Position numbers and translations under genes: made by a program. The notes beneath the pieces were generated by a model, which was given only the letters and a program-made list of their open reading frames with translations, ran no database searches and was not told the origin of the DNA. This document shows positions 38,345 to 47,728 of a stretch of 64,000 nucleotides of DNA, piece by piece (within the stretch, counting starts at the first letter, position 1; each line of letters starts with the position of its first letter). The stretch comes from Nitrospirota bacterium (GTDB lineage Bacteria > Nitrospirota > Thermodesulfovibrionia > Thermodesulfovibrionales > Dissulfurispiraceae), in the NCBI GenBank assembly GCA_963790025.1, contig CAWBMP010000005.1:64001-128000 (forward strand). Direction: 5' to 3'.

Positions 38345-39145
38345 ATGACTGTAAGATTTGAAATCGACGGTAAAAAAATTGTTGCGGAGCAGGGAGTGAC
38401 TGTTCTGGATGCGGCCGGCAGAGAAGGCATCCGGATCCCCACGCTTTGTTACCATAAGGCACTCGGGCCGAATGGTGTGTGCAGATTATGCATAGTCGAA
38501 GCGCAGGGACCTGGGTTAAGCGGTATGGTCACTACCTCATGCAATCTCAAAGCCACAGAAGGCATGGTTGTCGAAACATCTTCGGAGCATATAATTTCGA
38601 TGAGAAAGACTTTGCTCGACCTGCTGCTTTCCGGCACGGTTTTATCCGCACAACTTAAGGAATTGGCGGAGGCTGCCGGTGTTCGCGGGGGCCGGTTTAA
38701 AATCGAAAAGAGCGATAAGTGCATATTATGCGGACTCTGTGTGAGAGTGTGCCGTAACGTTATAGGGGCAGCCGCATTGCTTTTCGAAACATCGGGCAAG
38801 AACCGCAACAGCGTTGCGGAAGAGATCAGTTTGCTTCGGGAACGCTGCATAGGTTGCGGAGCATGCGCCGCTGTTTGCCCGGTATCCGCCATAAGGATGG
38901 AGGATACCGGTTTAAAGCGAAATATTATTGTTTATGGCGATATCGCAAATGCTTTGGATTTGGTTTCATGCAATATGTGCGGAACGCCATATGCGCCGCA
39001 GAAATTCATAGATTCGGTCGTGTCCCGGATCGATGTGGAATTGAGAAAAGGAATAAAAAAACTTTGTCCCGAATGTGCCCGTCGCTTTTATGTGGGGGCG
39101 TTAACAGGGGAGTTTCAGCCTGATTCTTTTCAAGTGCGGGAGTAA
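38345..39145 (+). CDS. [2Fe-2S]/[4Fe-4S] protein resembling the N-terminus of NuoG/FdhA/SfrA
   Basis: IPTLCYH..GVCRLCIVE..TSC, CILCGLCVRVC, CIGCGACAAVCP and C-terminal CNMCG...CPEC. Confidence 0.85.
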   Translation: MTVRFEIDGKKIVAEQGVTVLDAAGREGIRIPTLCYHKALGPNGVCRLCIVEAQGPGLSGMVTTSCNLKATEGMVVETSSEHIISMRKTLLDLLLSGTVLSAQLKELAEAAGVRGGRFKIEKSDKCILCGLCVRVCRNVIGAAALLFETSGKNRNSVAEEISLLRERCIGCGACAAVCPVSAIRMEDTGLKRNIIVYGDIANALDLVSCNMCGTPYAPQKFIDSVVSRIDVELRKGIKKLCPECARRFYVGALTGEFQPDSFQVRE

Positions 39146-39148
39146 AAC

Positions 39149-41098
39149 ATGGTTGAAAAAGCCTTTTCTTTTTGGAATAACGAACTGAACGAAACTTTTG
39201 CGCCTCTTAAACACGGAGAAAAACAGCTTGCGGCAGTTATAGGCTGGGACGGAATCCAGGTATTCGATCCCGGCATCGACATCATCAGTCTTTGCTATGA
39301 ATATGCCTGTGCTGTGCGGGAAAGTTCCTGCGGGCAATGTATACCTTGCAGAACGGGTTCACGCGTACTGGCGGATATTTTCAGGAGAATAAGAGACGGC
39401 GAAGGACGGCCTGTTGACCTTGACGACATAAAAAGCATCTCGACGGCAATGGCTGAAGCCTCGATGTGCGAGATAGGCAAAAGCTCCCTGCGCGTGTTCC
39501 TATTCCTCATGGAGAAGGTCAAGGATATATTCATGGCTGCAATCAAGGGCACCACGGAGAAGAGGAATGGATATATATATAAATCCATAGTAACAGCCCC
39601 CTGCATACAGGCATGTCCCATACATCTTGACATCCCGAAATATATTGAGGAAATAAAATTCGGAAGGTTCCGAGAATCATTGGAAGTTATAAGGCAACGA
39701 CTCCCTCTGCCGGGTGTCGTGGGCAGGGTCTGCGTGCGGCCATGTGAGTCCAACTGCAGGCGGGGACTCGTCGATGAGCCGATACAAATAAAACACCTGA
39801 AGCGGTTTGCTGCGGACAATGCGGCTGTTGAGGAAGCTGTGCAGTGTGGGCGGCGCGGGGTGCGGGTGGCGATAGTGGGCGCCGGCCCCTCCGGGCTCAC
39901 ATGTGCACATTTTCTTGCTCGACTGGGGTATGACGTCACCATCTTCGAGATGCTGCCTGAACCCGGCGGTATGGCTGCGGTCGGCATTCCCGATTACCGG
40001 CTGCCCCGAGCTGTGCTGCGCAGTGAAGTAAAAGCCATAGAAGATCAGGGCGTTAAAATATTTTATGGGCATGCGCTCGGTGTACATTTCACTTTGGACG
40101 ACCTTGAAGAACAGGGATTCAAGGCCGTCTTTATAGGCATGGGTTGCCATTGCCATAAAAAAATGGACATCGAGGGAGAGGACGCCGGATATTACGGTTA
40201 TGTGCCGGGCGTATATTTCCTGAGGAATATTAATCTCGGACTTATGGATGAAGTGCCACGAGGAAAAAAAATTGCAGTTGTCGGAGGAGGCAATGTTGCG
40301 ATAGATTGTGCGCGCATCGCCTTCAGATCAGGTTTTGAGGAATCTCATGTTGTTTACCGCCGTTCGCGCAAAGAGATGCCTGCCGACCCTGTTGAAATTG
40401 CCGATGCCGGGGCCGAAGGGGTGCAATACCATTTTCTTACCGCCCCCAAAAAGATTATTGGTGAAAGCGGGAAAGTGACAGGACTGGAGTGCTTCAGGAT
40501 GGAACTGGGTGAGCCCGATGCCTCGGGCAGAAGAAGACCGGTTGGAGTCAAGGGTTCCGAATTTGTAATAAACGCCGATGTTATTGTTGCGGCCATCGGT
40601 CAGGAGGGAGATTTCTCATGCGTATGCAATCTTCCCGGCGTCAAAACATCGGAAAGGGGAGCGTTGATTGTCGATGAAAATTTAATGACTTCCAGAAAGG
40701 GTGTATTTGCCGGGGGCGACTGCGTTACCGGACCCGATGTGCTCATACGCGCCTGCGCTCACGGCAGGCTGGTAGGCCTTAAAATCGACCGGTTTATAAC
40801 GACGGGAAAGATCGGGGTCCTTGAAGAGGAAATGGATGAAAAGCTTTTGAACAGTTTCAGCGGCCTTGATGCGAATGAGAAGGTGAAAGTGCCCGGCGGA
40901 ACTGTGCGCATTCCTGTAAGACATGAGCCGCCGACGGCGAGAAAGGGGGATTTCCGGGAGGTGGATAAAGGGTTCACTCCTGAAGAAGCGGTTTCAGAGG
41001 CGAGCCGGTGTCTAAGGTGCTACAGAGTGCTCATGTATGTATATTCCAAACCCAATAGAACGTATATTGCAGAAGATAATAGTTCCGGAACTTTATAA
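39149..41098 (+). CDS. FAD/NADP(H)-dependent oxidoreductase, SfrB/GltD-like, with an N-terminal NuoF-type [4Fe-4S] domain
   Basis: IGWDG, SCGQCIPCRTG..MCEIG, APCIQACP..GRVCVRPCESNC, GAGPSG, GGGNVAID, YRRSRKEM and RCLRC. Confidence 0.88.
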   Translation: MVEKAFSFWNNELNETFAPLKHGEKQLAAVIGWDGIQVFDPGIDIISLCYEYACAVRESSCGQCIPCRTGSRVLADIFRRIRDGEGRPVDLDDIKSISTAMAEASMCEIGKSSLRVFLFLMEKVKDIFMAAIKGTTEKRNGYIYKSIVTAPCIQACPIHLDIPKYIEEIKFGRFRESLEVIRQRLPLPGVVGRVCVRPCESNCRRGLVDEPIQIKHLKRFAADNAAVEEAVQCGRRGVRVAIVGAGPSGLTCAHFLARLGYDVTIFEMLPEPGGMAAVGIPDYRLPRAVLRSEVKAIEDQGVKIFYGHALGVHFTLDDLEEQGFKAVFIGMGCHCHKKMDIEGEDAGYYGYVPGVYFLRNINLGLMDEVPRGKKIAVVGGGNVAIDCARIAFRSGFEESHVVYRRSRKEMPADPVEIADAGAEGVQYHFLTAPKKIIGESGKVTGLECFRMELGEPDASGRRRPVGVKGSEFVINADVIVAAIGQEGDFSCVCNLPGVKTSERGALIVDENLMTSRKGVFAGGDCVTGPDVLIRACAHGRLVGLKIDRFITTGKIGVLEEEMDEKLLNSFSGLDANEKVKVPGGTVRIPVRHEPPTARKGDFREVDKGFTPEEAVSEASRCLRCYRVLMYVYSKPNRTYIAEDNSSGTL

Positions 41099-41121
41099 TA
41101 TGTTAACGAAGTCGGAATGGC

Positions 41122-41625
41122 ATGATGGAAGGAACGCAGGAAATGGACCCACAGCCCGATAGCGAGCTCGTCCGGTATTCGACTGCCAAAGCAGAAGGCG
41201 TCAGGACTGTTCTCTTTGTATGCAGTGGTAATGCATTTCGTTCACAGGTCGCCGAGGGACTGGTAAATCATTATTTTAAGGGGCAATGGGCTGCCTTTTC
41301 CGCCGGGTTGCTGCCGGCTGGGATTCCCCGTGACCTTGTTAAAGTGATGGCCGAGCAGGGTATAGACATTAAAAGCCACCGATCAAAACATCTTGACCTG
41401 TTTACCGGGTGCTGTTTCGACAAGGTGTTCATCCTCTGTGCCGATGTAAGCCGGATCTGCCCGGAACTTCCCGGATATGGAGAAACAGAGGTCCTGTGTT
41501 TCCCCGACCCGCTTTCCGCTGCTGGATATGCCGAAGGATGCTGCATTGGAATAAAGGCGACTTTTCGAAGCCTTCGCGATTCAATGAAAACGACCCTTCT
41601 ATCTGTCATGAAGCGCCTCACATGA
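41122..41625 (+). CDS. ArsC / low-molecular-weight protein tyrosine phosphatase family protein
   Basis: P-loop CSGNAFRSQVAEG (CX5R), redox Cys pair ILCADVSRICP and catalytic DP. Confidence 0.85.
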   Translation: MMEGTQEMDPQPDSELVRYSTAKAEGVRTVLFVCSGNAFRSQVAEGLVNHYFKGQWAAFSAGLLPAGIPRDLVKVMAEQGIDIKSHRSKHLDLFTGCCFDKVFILCADVSRICPELPGYGETEVLCFPDPLSAAGYAEGCCIGIKATFRSLRDSMKTTLLSVMKRLT

Positions 41626-44285
41626 AAAAATTACGCGGAATTCTTGCCCTGCAAAGGGGACGGGCTTTCCGGAAAGAGGCGGGAGATATCGGAGCAAAGT
41701 ACCGGTTTTTCAGGCATCTTCTGAGGCACAACAAAGCTGCGCTTACAGCTATTGCCGACATGGAACAGCTTTATTACAGCGGTAAACCTTTCAGCCTTAC
41801 CACAATTAGAATAAAGTATGAGGAACTGCTTGAGGCTGTTAACGGAATCCTCTACGCTTATAGTGTATTGTCGGAGCACGACATAGACGTCCTATCTGAA
41901 AAGCTCGCCGCCCTGGACCGGGGTCTTTTTCACTATTTCAATCCGCACTGCGATTCAGCGGACAGGAGGTTTATTCTGCCGTTTGAATCGATTACTCCCG
42001 CCATGAAAAAGATCGTGGGCGGGAAGGCCGCCAATCTTGCCGCAATACATAATATGATGGGACTGTCCGTGCCCCGGGCCTTTTCCGTTACGGCCCATGC
42101 TTTTGAATACTTTGTCGAGCACAACGGGTTGCGGAGGTACATGAATGAGGAATTTGTCCGAATTTCTTCCGGTTCAACCGCGGATCTCGAAAAGACGTGC
42201 GCCCGGCTTAGAAGTGTTTTCCTCGAGGCGGATGTGCCTCCGCTGTTGGAAAAGGAAATACTTAGCGCATACGCGGTGCTTGAGAAGGCCACTCATCCCG
42301 GGGTGCGCATCGCTATGAGAAGCAGTGCCGTCGGTGAGGATGCCGAGGCCAGTTTTGCCGGCCAGTATGAAACTGTGCTTAATGTAAAAGAGGGCGATAT
42401 TCTGAACGCTTACAAGCGTGTTATTGCGAGCAAGTACTCGGTGCAGGCTATCACGTATCGACAGCAGCACGGACTTTTCGACCGCGAGACGCCCATGGGT
42501 GTTATCGGAATTGTCATGATCGATTCGAAAGCGAGCGGGGTTCTCTATTCAGTGGACCCTCTTTCGCCGTGTTCCTGCACTATGAGGATCAATTCACTCT
42601 GGGGCGTGGGAGAGCAACTTGTCGACGGGAGCGCCTCGCCTGACATTTTTGTTATCGGCAGGGAAAAGAGGAAAATACTAGAGCGGCATATTGCAGCAAA
42701 AACCTCACGGCTGGTGAGCCTTGAAAGCGGAGGGGTCCGGATGGAGGAGGTAGGCGCATATGAGGCCGCTGTTCCATCCCTTGACGATGCTCAGGTGATT
42801 ACCCTGGCCGATTGCGGATGGCGTCTTGAGGAATTTTTCTCGTCTCCGCAGGACGTTGAATGGGCCCTCGATGCGAACGGCTCCCTCTACATACTTCAGT
42901 CGCGGCCACTACATCTGCCCAATAAGGCCGCGGAAGATAAAGGACATGATTCTATCGACTGTCCGGTGCTTTTTTCGAGAGGCATTACAGCGTCACCAGG
43001 CGTTGCGACAGGGAAGGTTTTTATTGTGGAAAAGGACGCGGACCTGAATGCGGTCCCCGACGACGCAATCCTCGTATCCAGGACAGCGTCCCCCCACCTG
43101 GCAAAGGTCATCGGAAGGATCAGGGGAATTATCACCGACATCGGAAGCGTCACAAGCCACCTGTCATCGGTTGCTCGCGAATTCGGCATACCGGCCCTTG
43201 TCGATACCGGGACTGCCACTGGTTCCCTTCGCAATGGCGAGATCATAACAATGTCGGCAACGGCCGCTAAAGTGTACGAAGGTGTCGTTGAGTCTCTTGC
43301 AAGGCAAATGCGGCCTGCGCGGAATCCAATGTTTGATAGTCCGGTCCACCGGTTGATGAGGGACATCCTCGACAAGATCGCCCCGCTGGGCCTGACCGAT
43401 CCGGAAGCCCCGCAATTTGCTCCTGAGGGGTGCGCTACTTATCACGATATAATACGCTATACGCATGAAATGGCGGTGCGCTCGATGTTCGGGATCTCGG
43501 ATGAGGCGCGGCCTTCAAAATCATCCGTGGAACTTATCACTAATGTCCCCCTGTCTATCAGTCTTATCGACATGGGCGGCGGATTGAAGGAGGGACTTGC
43601 TGTTTCCGGGCTTGTCACCCCTGATTCTATTCAATCAGTTCCAATGCGCGCTGCATGGAAAGGATTCACGCACCCGGGGGTCAACTGGGAAGGCACTATG
43701 AATTTTGGAGGCAGCAAACTTGCCGGCCTGCTTGCAGTCACTGCTATCTCGGAATTAGGAGAACAGGGCGGCGGAGAGAGCTATGCGCTTATTTCACGTG
43801 ATTACATGAACATGAATGTCAGGTTCGCCTATCACTTTGCTGCAATCGACACATTGTGCGGCGAGGACAGTCAGCAGAATTATATCTCGCTCCAGTTTTC
43901 GGGCGGAGCCGGAAACTACTACGGACGCTCACTCAGAGCGCGGTTGATCAGCGAGATTCTGGAACGGTTGGAGTTCAGGGTAACTTTGAAGGGTGACTTT
44001 GTAGAGGCCTCGTTTTCACGGTACGACAGAAAAGCTACCGAAGATCGGCTCGACCTGACGGGGAGGCTGCTGGCCTCTGTCCGCCTGCTGGACATGACCC
44101 TGTCGAACCAGGAGGAGGTGTCGGTGCATACAGAGGAGTTTTTAAAAGGCAACTATGATTTTCTGGCAAAAAGACGTGACGATGAACTGGGCAATTTCTA
44201 TGTTCGGGGCGGGTACTGGAAACGTCTCACCTGGATGGACGGCCCTGCTGTATGCAGGACGGTGCCCGCTGGGGCCGGGGGATAG
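41622..44285 (+). CDS. PEP-synthase/dikinase-like protein (ATP-grasp + phospho-His swivel + non-canonical C-terminal domain); probably frameshifted near the 3' end
   Basis: GGKAANL, RSSAVGEDAEASFAGQYET, QDVEWA..ILQSRPL and VTSHLSSVAREFGIP. ATGA overlap with arsC. Confidence 0.85.
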   Translation: MKKLRGILALQRGRAFRKEAGDIGAKYRFFRHLLRHNKAALTAIADMEQLYYSGKPFSLTTIRIKYEELLEAVNGILYAYSVLSEHDIDVLSEKLAALDRGLFHYFNPHCDSADRRFILPFESITPAMKKIVGGKAANLAAIHNMMGLSVPRAFSVTAHAFEYFVEHNGLRRYMNEEFVRISSGSTADLEKTCARLRSVFLEADVPPLLEKEILSAYAVLEKATHPGVRIAMRSSAVGEDAEASFAGQYETVLNVKEGDILNAYKRVIASKYSVQAITYRQQHGLFDRETPMGVIGIVMIDSKASGVLYSVDPLSPCSCTMRINSLWGVGEQLVDGSASPDIFVIGREKRKILERHIAAKTSRLVSLESGGVRMEEVGAYEAAVPSLDDAQVITLADCGWRLEEFFSSPQDVEWALDANGSLYILQSRPLHLPNKAAEDKGHDSIDCPVLFSRGITASPGVATGKVFIVEKDADLNAVPDDAILVSRTASPHLAKVIGRIRGIITDIGSVTSHLSSVAREFGIPALVDTGTATGSLRNGEIITMSATAAKVYEGVVESLARQMRPARNPMFDSPVHRLMRDILDKIAPLGLTDPEAPQFAPEGCATYHDIIRYTHEMAVRSMFGISDEARPSKSSVELITNVPLSISLIDMGGGLKEGLAVSGLVTPDSIQSVPMRAAWKGFTHPGVNWEGTMNFGGSKLAGLLAVTAISELGEQGGGESYALISRDYMNMNVRFAYHFAAIDTLCGEDSQQNYISLQFSGGAGNYYGRSLRARLISEILERLEFRVTLKGDFVEASFSRYDRKATEDRLDLTGRLLASVRLLDMTLSNQEEVSVHTEEFLKGNYDFLAKRRDDELGNFYVRGGYWKRLTWMDGPAVCRTVPAGAGG

Positions 44286-44797
44286 CTTCAGGGCTTTCCG
44301 GACTGGTGGGCAAAGTGGTGGGCAATGCATACCGTGATTTTCTCGACACGATCGAAGCGTATTATTATTTCCCTTTCGCTGTGGCAAAGGGAATTGAACT
44401 TTCCCATGGCACAGTTCATGTGAAAATTAAGCCGCTGGCCGGCAATATCGACAGGGCAGGCGGCATCGCTGTTGCTATAAAAAATATCGATAATTACTTT
44501 GTGCTCAGGACAAACGCACTTGAGGGGAATGTGGTCCTTTTCGAATACAGGAACGGGCGGCGGTTTGCACTCGTCAATGTGAGGAAAAAGGTCGAGACCG
44601 GTGTCTGGCACAGTCTAAGTGTCGAAATTGAAGGAGACACTCTTAAAGGATATCTGAACGGGGAGCAGATGCTTGAGTACAGGGCGGACGGGCCTCTGCA
44701 TGGGTACATAGGGCTATGGACGAAATCAGATTCAGTCATTTATTTTGATGAATTTACATTGGAAACCTCCGGGAGAAAGCAGATTATCGAATTTTGA
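44252..44797 (+). CDS. DUF1080/ConA-like beta-sandwich domain; likely the frameshifted C-terminus of the upstream dikinase-like gene
   Basis: RAGGIAV..NYFVLRTNALE, WHSLSVEI and GYIGLWTKSDS. The -1 frame is open from 44186. Confidence 0.65.
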   Translation: MQDGARWGRGIASGLSGLVGKVVGNAYRDFLDTIEAYYYFPFAVAKGIELSHGTVHVKIKPLAGNIDRAGGIAVAIKNIDNYFVLRTNALEGNVVLFEYRNGRRFALVNVRKKVETGVWHSLSVEIEGDTLKGYLNGEQMLEYRADGPLHGYIGLWTKSDSVIYFDEFTLETSGRKQIIEF

Positions 44798-44928
44798 TGG
44801 ACCATAAATAGCGTTGTTTTTGGGGTGTATCAGGCTGTGTATGCTATAATAACTCTGCGTGTTTTGCGGAGCCATCCGTTTTTTTTTGCACAACTCTCGG
44901 CGTTATTTTGTTTGGATAAGGGGAATCG

Positions 44929-45729
44929 TTGTTAGAATTATTTAGGCAGATCAGGTGGCAGGATTTTCTTGATATCGCTATCGTCTCGGTAGTACTGTAC
45001 CAGGCCCTTCTCATTGTCAGGGGCACCAAGGCGGCGCAAATGCTCCTCGGGCTTGGTGTCCTGCTTATCGCTTACTTTTTCTCAAATTTTTTCCAACTCT
45101 ACACTATGGACTGGATTATCCAGAGTTTCTGGTCCCAGGTGGTTATTGTGCTGATCGTGCTTTTCCAGCCTGAAATCAGAAGGGCACTGGCGCAGATGGG
45201 GGAGTCTTCATTTTTCCAGAATTTGACCGTTGCAGAGGAGTTGAAATCCCTGGAAGAGATAGTCAAGGCGTCTATCGCATTGGCCCACAGGAAAATCGGG
45301 GCATTGATCGTTATTGAAAGAGAGGTCAGCCTCAAGGACTATGTTGAAATTGCCACGCAGTTGGATGCAAAGGTTTCCAAGGAATTACTGCTGAGCATAT
45401 TTCATCCTACCTCGCCGATTCACGACGGTGCGATAGTCATCAGGGGGAACAGGGTTGTTGCCGCAGGATGTTTCCTGCCGATAACGCTCGGATCGGATGT
45501 CAGCAAATCGCTGGGCACCCGGCACCGGGCCGGTATCGGTATTACCGAGGATACAGATGCAGTGGCTATCATTGTTTCGGAGGAGACTGCAATGATTTCG
45601 GTGGCCCTGCACGGCAGGTTCGAGACCCATGTCGACATGGGCACGTTGCGCGATATCCTCACCGACCTGTTTGCCGAATCAAAAAAAGGGAAGGCCGCTG
45701 CAAAAAAAATTATTTCGAAGGACTCGTAA
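44929..45729 (+). CDS. cdaA: Diadenylate cyclase CdaA (DacA)
   Basis: 3 TM helices, FQPEIRRAL, GALIVIE, IHDGA, GTRHRAG and VSEET. Confidence 0.95.
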   Translation: MLELFRQIRWQDFLDIAIVSVVLYQALLIVRGTKAAQMLLGLGVLLIAYFFSNFFQLYTMDWIIQSFWSQVVIVLIVLFQPEIRRALAQMGESSFFQNLTVAEELKSLEEIVKASIALAHRKIGALIVIEREVSLKDYVEIATQLDAKVSKELLLSIFHPTSPIHDGAIVIRGNRVVAAGCFLPITLGSDVSKSLGTRHRAGIGITEDTDAVAIIVSEETAMISVALHGRFETHVDMGTLRDILTDLFAESKKGKAAAKKIISKDS

Positions 45730-45735
45730 GATATA

Positions 45736-46374
45736 ATGAAAAAGATACTTTTCAACAATCCCGGCACCAAGGTACTTGCGGTTGTCCTTGCGATATCCAT
45801 GTGGATATTTGTTACCTATCGGGGGCAGTCGGAAATGGCCATTGATGTTCCTATCGCGTTCAAGAATGTGCCGAAAGGACTGGAACTGCTGCGCGTGAGC
45901 GCGAAGATGGCGGCATTGAATTTGCGCGGACACGAGAGTCTGCTGAAAAGTCTGAGACCTGTAGACATCGGCGTTGTTATTGACCTGTCCAAAGCGAAGA
46001 AAGGGGAGGCCATATATTATTTGGACAAGAACTCCATAGTCGTACCGGGGACCGTCGATATCCTGAGAATAGAGCCGACGTCGGTCAAAGTAGTGCTTGA
46101 TGAATCACTGATGAAGACGCTTCCGGTGAAGGCAACTATTATAGGTACTCCTGAAAGAGGATTTAAAGTTGTTTCTGTTGATGTCAAGCCTTCTTCAGTG
46201 ACGGTTGAAGGTTCCAGGACAGAACTTGCCAGACTTGCGGTCCTGAGGACGGAGACGATCGATGTGACTGGACTCGATTCGAATGTCACAGAGAGCGTCC
46301 GGATTAATACCAACGGCAGGAATATAAGGGTAAAGACACCTGAAGTAATAGTAAGCATTGCCATAAGGAGGTAA
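45736..46374 (+). CDS. cdaR: CdaR/YbbR family protein
   Basis: N-terminal TM and two YbbR-like beta repeats; lies between cdaA and glmM. Confidence 0.88.
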   Translation: MKKILFNNPGTKVLAVVLAISMWIFVTYRGQSEMAIDVPIAFKNVPKGLELLRVSAKMAALNLRGHESLLKSLRPVDIGVVIDLSKAKKGEAIYYLDKNSIVVPGTVDILRIEPTSVKVVLDESLMKTLPVKATIIGTPERGFKVVSVDVKPSSVTVEGSRTELARLAVLRTETIDVTGLDSNVTESVRINTNGRNIRVKTPEVIVSIAIRR

Positions 46375-46378
46375 TATA

Positions 46379-47728
46379 GTGAAGTTGTTTGGTACCGATG
46401 GGATCAGGGGAAAAGTGAACAAATATCCCATGACTCCTGAAAATGTGTTGCGTATCGGTATGGCAATCGCCTCGGTCTTGAGTACTGACCACGGGCGGCG
46501 TATGGTACTGATAGGCAAGGACACGCGGCTTTCCGGCTACATGATCGAAAGCGCTCTTACCTCCGGCATTTGCTCAATGGGAATGGATGTTACTCTTGTC
46601 GGACCCATCCCCACCCCCGGCGGCGCCTACCTGACGCGTGCGCTGCGGCTTGATGCCGGCATTATTATTTCGGCCTCGCATAATCCATTTCAGGACAACG
46701 GTATAAAAATATTTTCTTCCGAAGGGTTTAAGCTTTCCGATGAGATCGAGCACAAAATAGAGCTGCTTATCGAGGATAATACGTTCCCTGCGCGCCGGTC
46801 ATCCGGGGACGGGATCGGCAAGGCATTTCGTTTGGCAGATGCTGAAGGGCGCTATATTGAGTATATAAAATCCACCATCCCGAGGGGGGCCGACCTGGAA
46901 GGACTCAAAGTGGTGGTCGATACGGCCAACGGTGCGGCGTATAAAGTTACTCCTATGTTGTTGCGCGAACTCGGCGCGCAGGTTGTGGCTATCAACGATA
47001 AGCCTGACGGTGTCAATATCAATGCTAACTGCGGCTCGCTGCACCTGGACCGTCTTGCCGCCGCGGTAAAGAAGGAAAAAGCCCACGTGGGCATTGCCCA
47101 CGATGGCGATGCCGACAGGACGCTCCTGGTGGATGAACGAGGTAATCAAGTCGACGGGGACATGATTCTGGGGATATGGGCTTCAGAGCTTAAAAAAGAG
47201 GGTCGGCTCCAGGGAAACGGCGTAGTTGCGACCGTTATGAGCAACCTCGGTCTTGAACAGTATCTTGCCCGACAAGGGGTCAAGTTCCTGAGGACCATGG
47301 TCGGCGACCGGTATGTCGTTGAAGAGATGATCAAAAGAGGCCACAATTTGGGCGGCGAGCAATCCGGCCATATCATATCATTTGATTACAACACAACTGG
47401 AGACGGACCCATAACCGCTCTGCAGGTGCTATATATGATGAGAAAAAAGAATGTTCTCCTTTCCGAATTGACGGCCGGGATTGAACTTTATCCTCAGGTG
47501 CTTCTGAATGTTCCTAGTGGAAAGAGAAGTGACATTAAAGGAATCCCGGAGATAACGAGGGCCATTGACGATGCAACTAAAAAACTCGGCAGCAGAGGCA
47601 GGATACTTGTCAGACCTTCCGGTACAGAGCCTAAAATACGTGTCATGGTAGAGGCAGAGGATTCAGGCATGGCAACCGGCCTGGCTGAGCAGGTGGCCGG
47701 GGTCATCCAGGAGAAGCTGGGCGCTTAG
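46379..47728 (+). CDS. glmM: Phosphoglucosamine mutase
   Basis: FGTDGIRG, ISASHNPFQDNGIK, DGDADR, GGEQSGH and RPSGTEP. Confidence 0.97.
   Translation: MKLFGTDGIRGKVNKYPMTPENVLRIGMAIASVLSTDHGRRMVLIGKDTRLSGYMIESALTSGICSMGMDVTLVGPIPTPGGAYLTRALRLDAGIIISASHNPFQDNGIKIFSSEGFKLSDEIEHKIELLIEDNTFPARRSSGDGIGKAFRLADAEGRYIEYIKSTIPRGADLEGLKVVVDTANGAAYKVTPMLLRELGAQVVAINDKPDGVNINANCGSLHLDRLAAAVKKEKAHVGIAHDGDADRTLLVDERGNQVDGDMILGIWASELKKEGRLQGNGVVATVMSNLGLEQYLARQGVKFLRTMVGDRYVVEEMIKRGHNLGGEQSGHIISFDYNTTGDGPITALQVLYMMRKKNVLLSELTAGIELYPQVLLNVPSGKRSDIKGIPEITRAIDDATKKLGSRGRILVRPSGTEPKIRVMVEAEDSGMATGLAEQVAGVIQEKLGA

Noticed and set aside
41409..41621. N-terminal extension of the 958-aa ORF
   Set aside because: It overlaps arsC in another frame. 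ATG 41622, coupled to the arsC stop, is the more plausible start.
44141..44158. Slippery heptamer T TTA AAA as a programmed -1 frameshift into the DUF1080-like ORF
   Set aside because: The -1 frame hits TGA at 44156 (and again at 44183), so shifting here cannot reach the downstream ORF.
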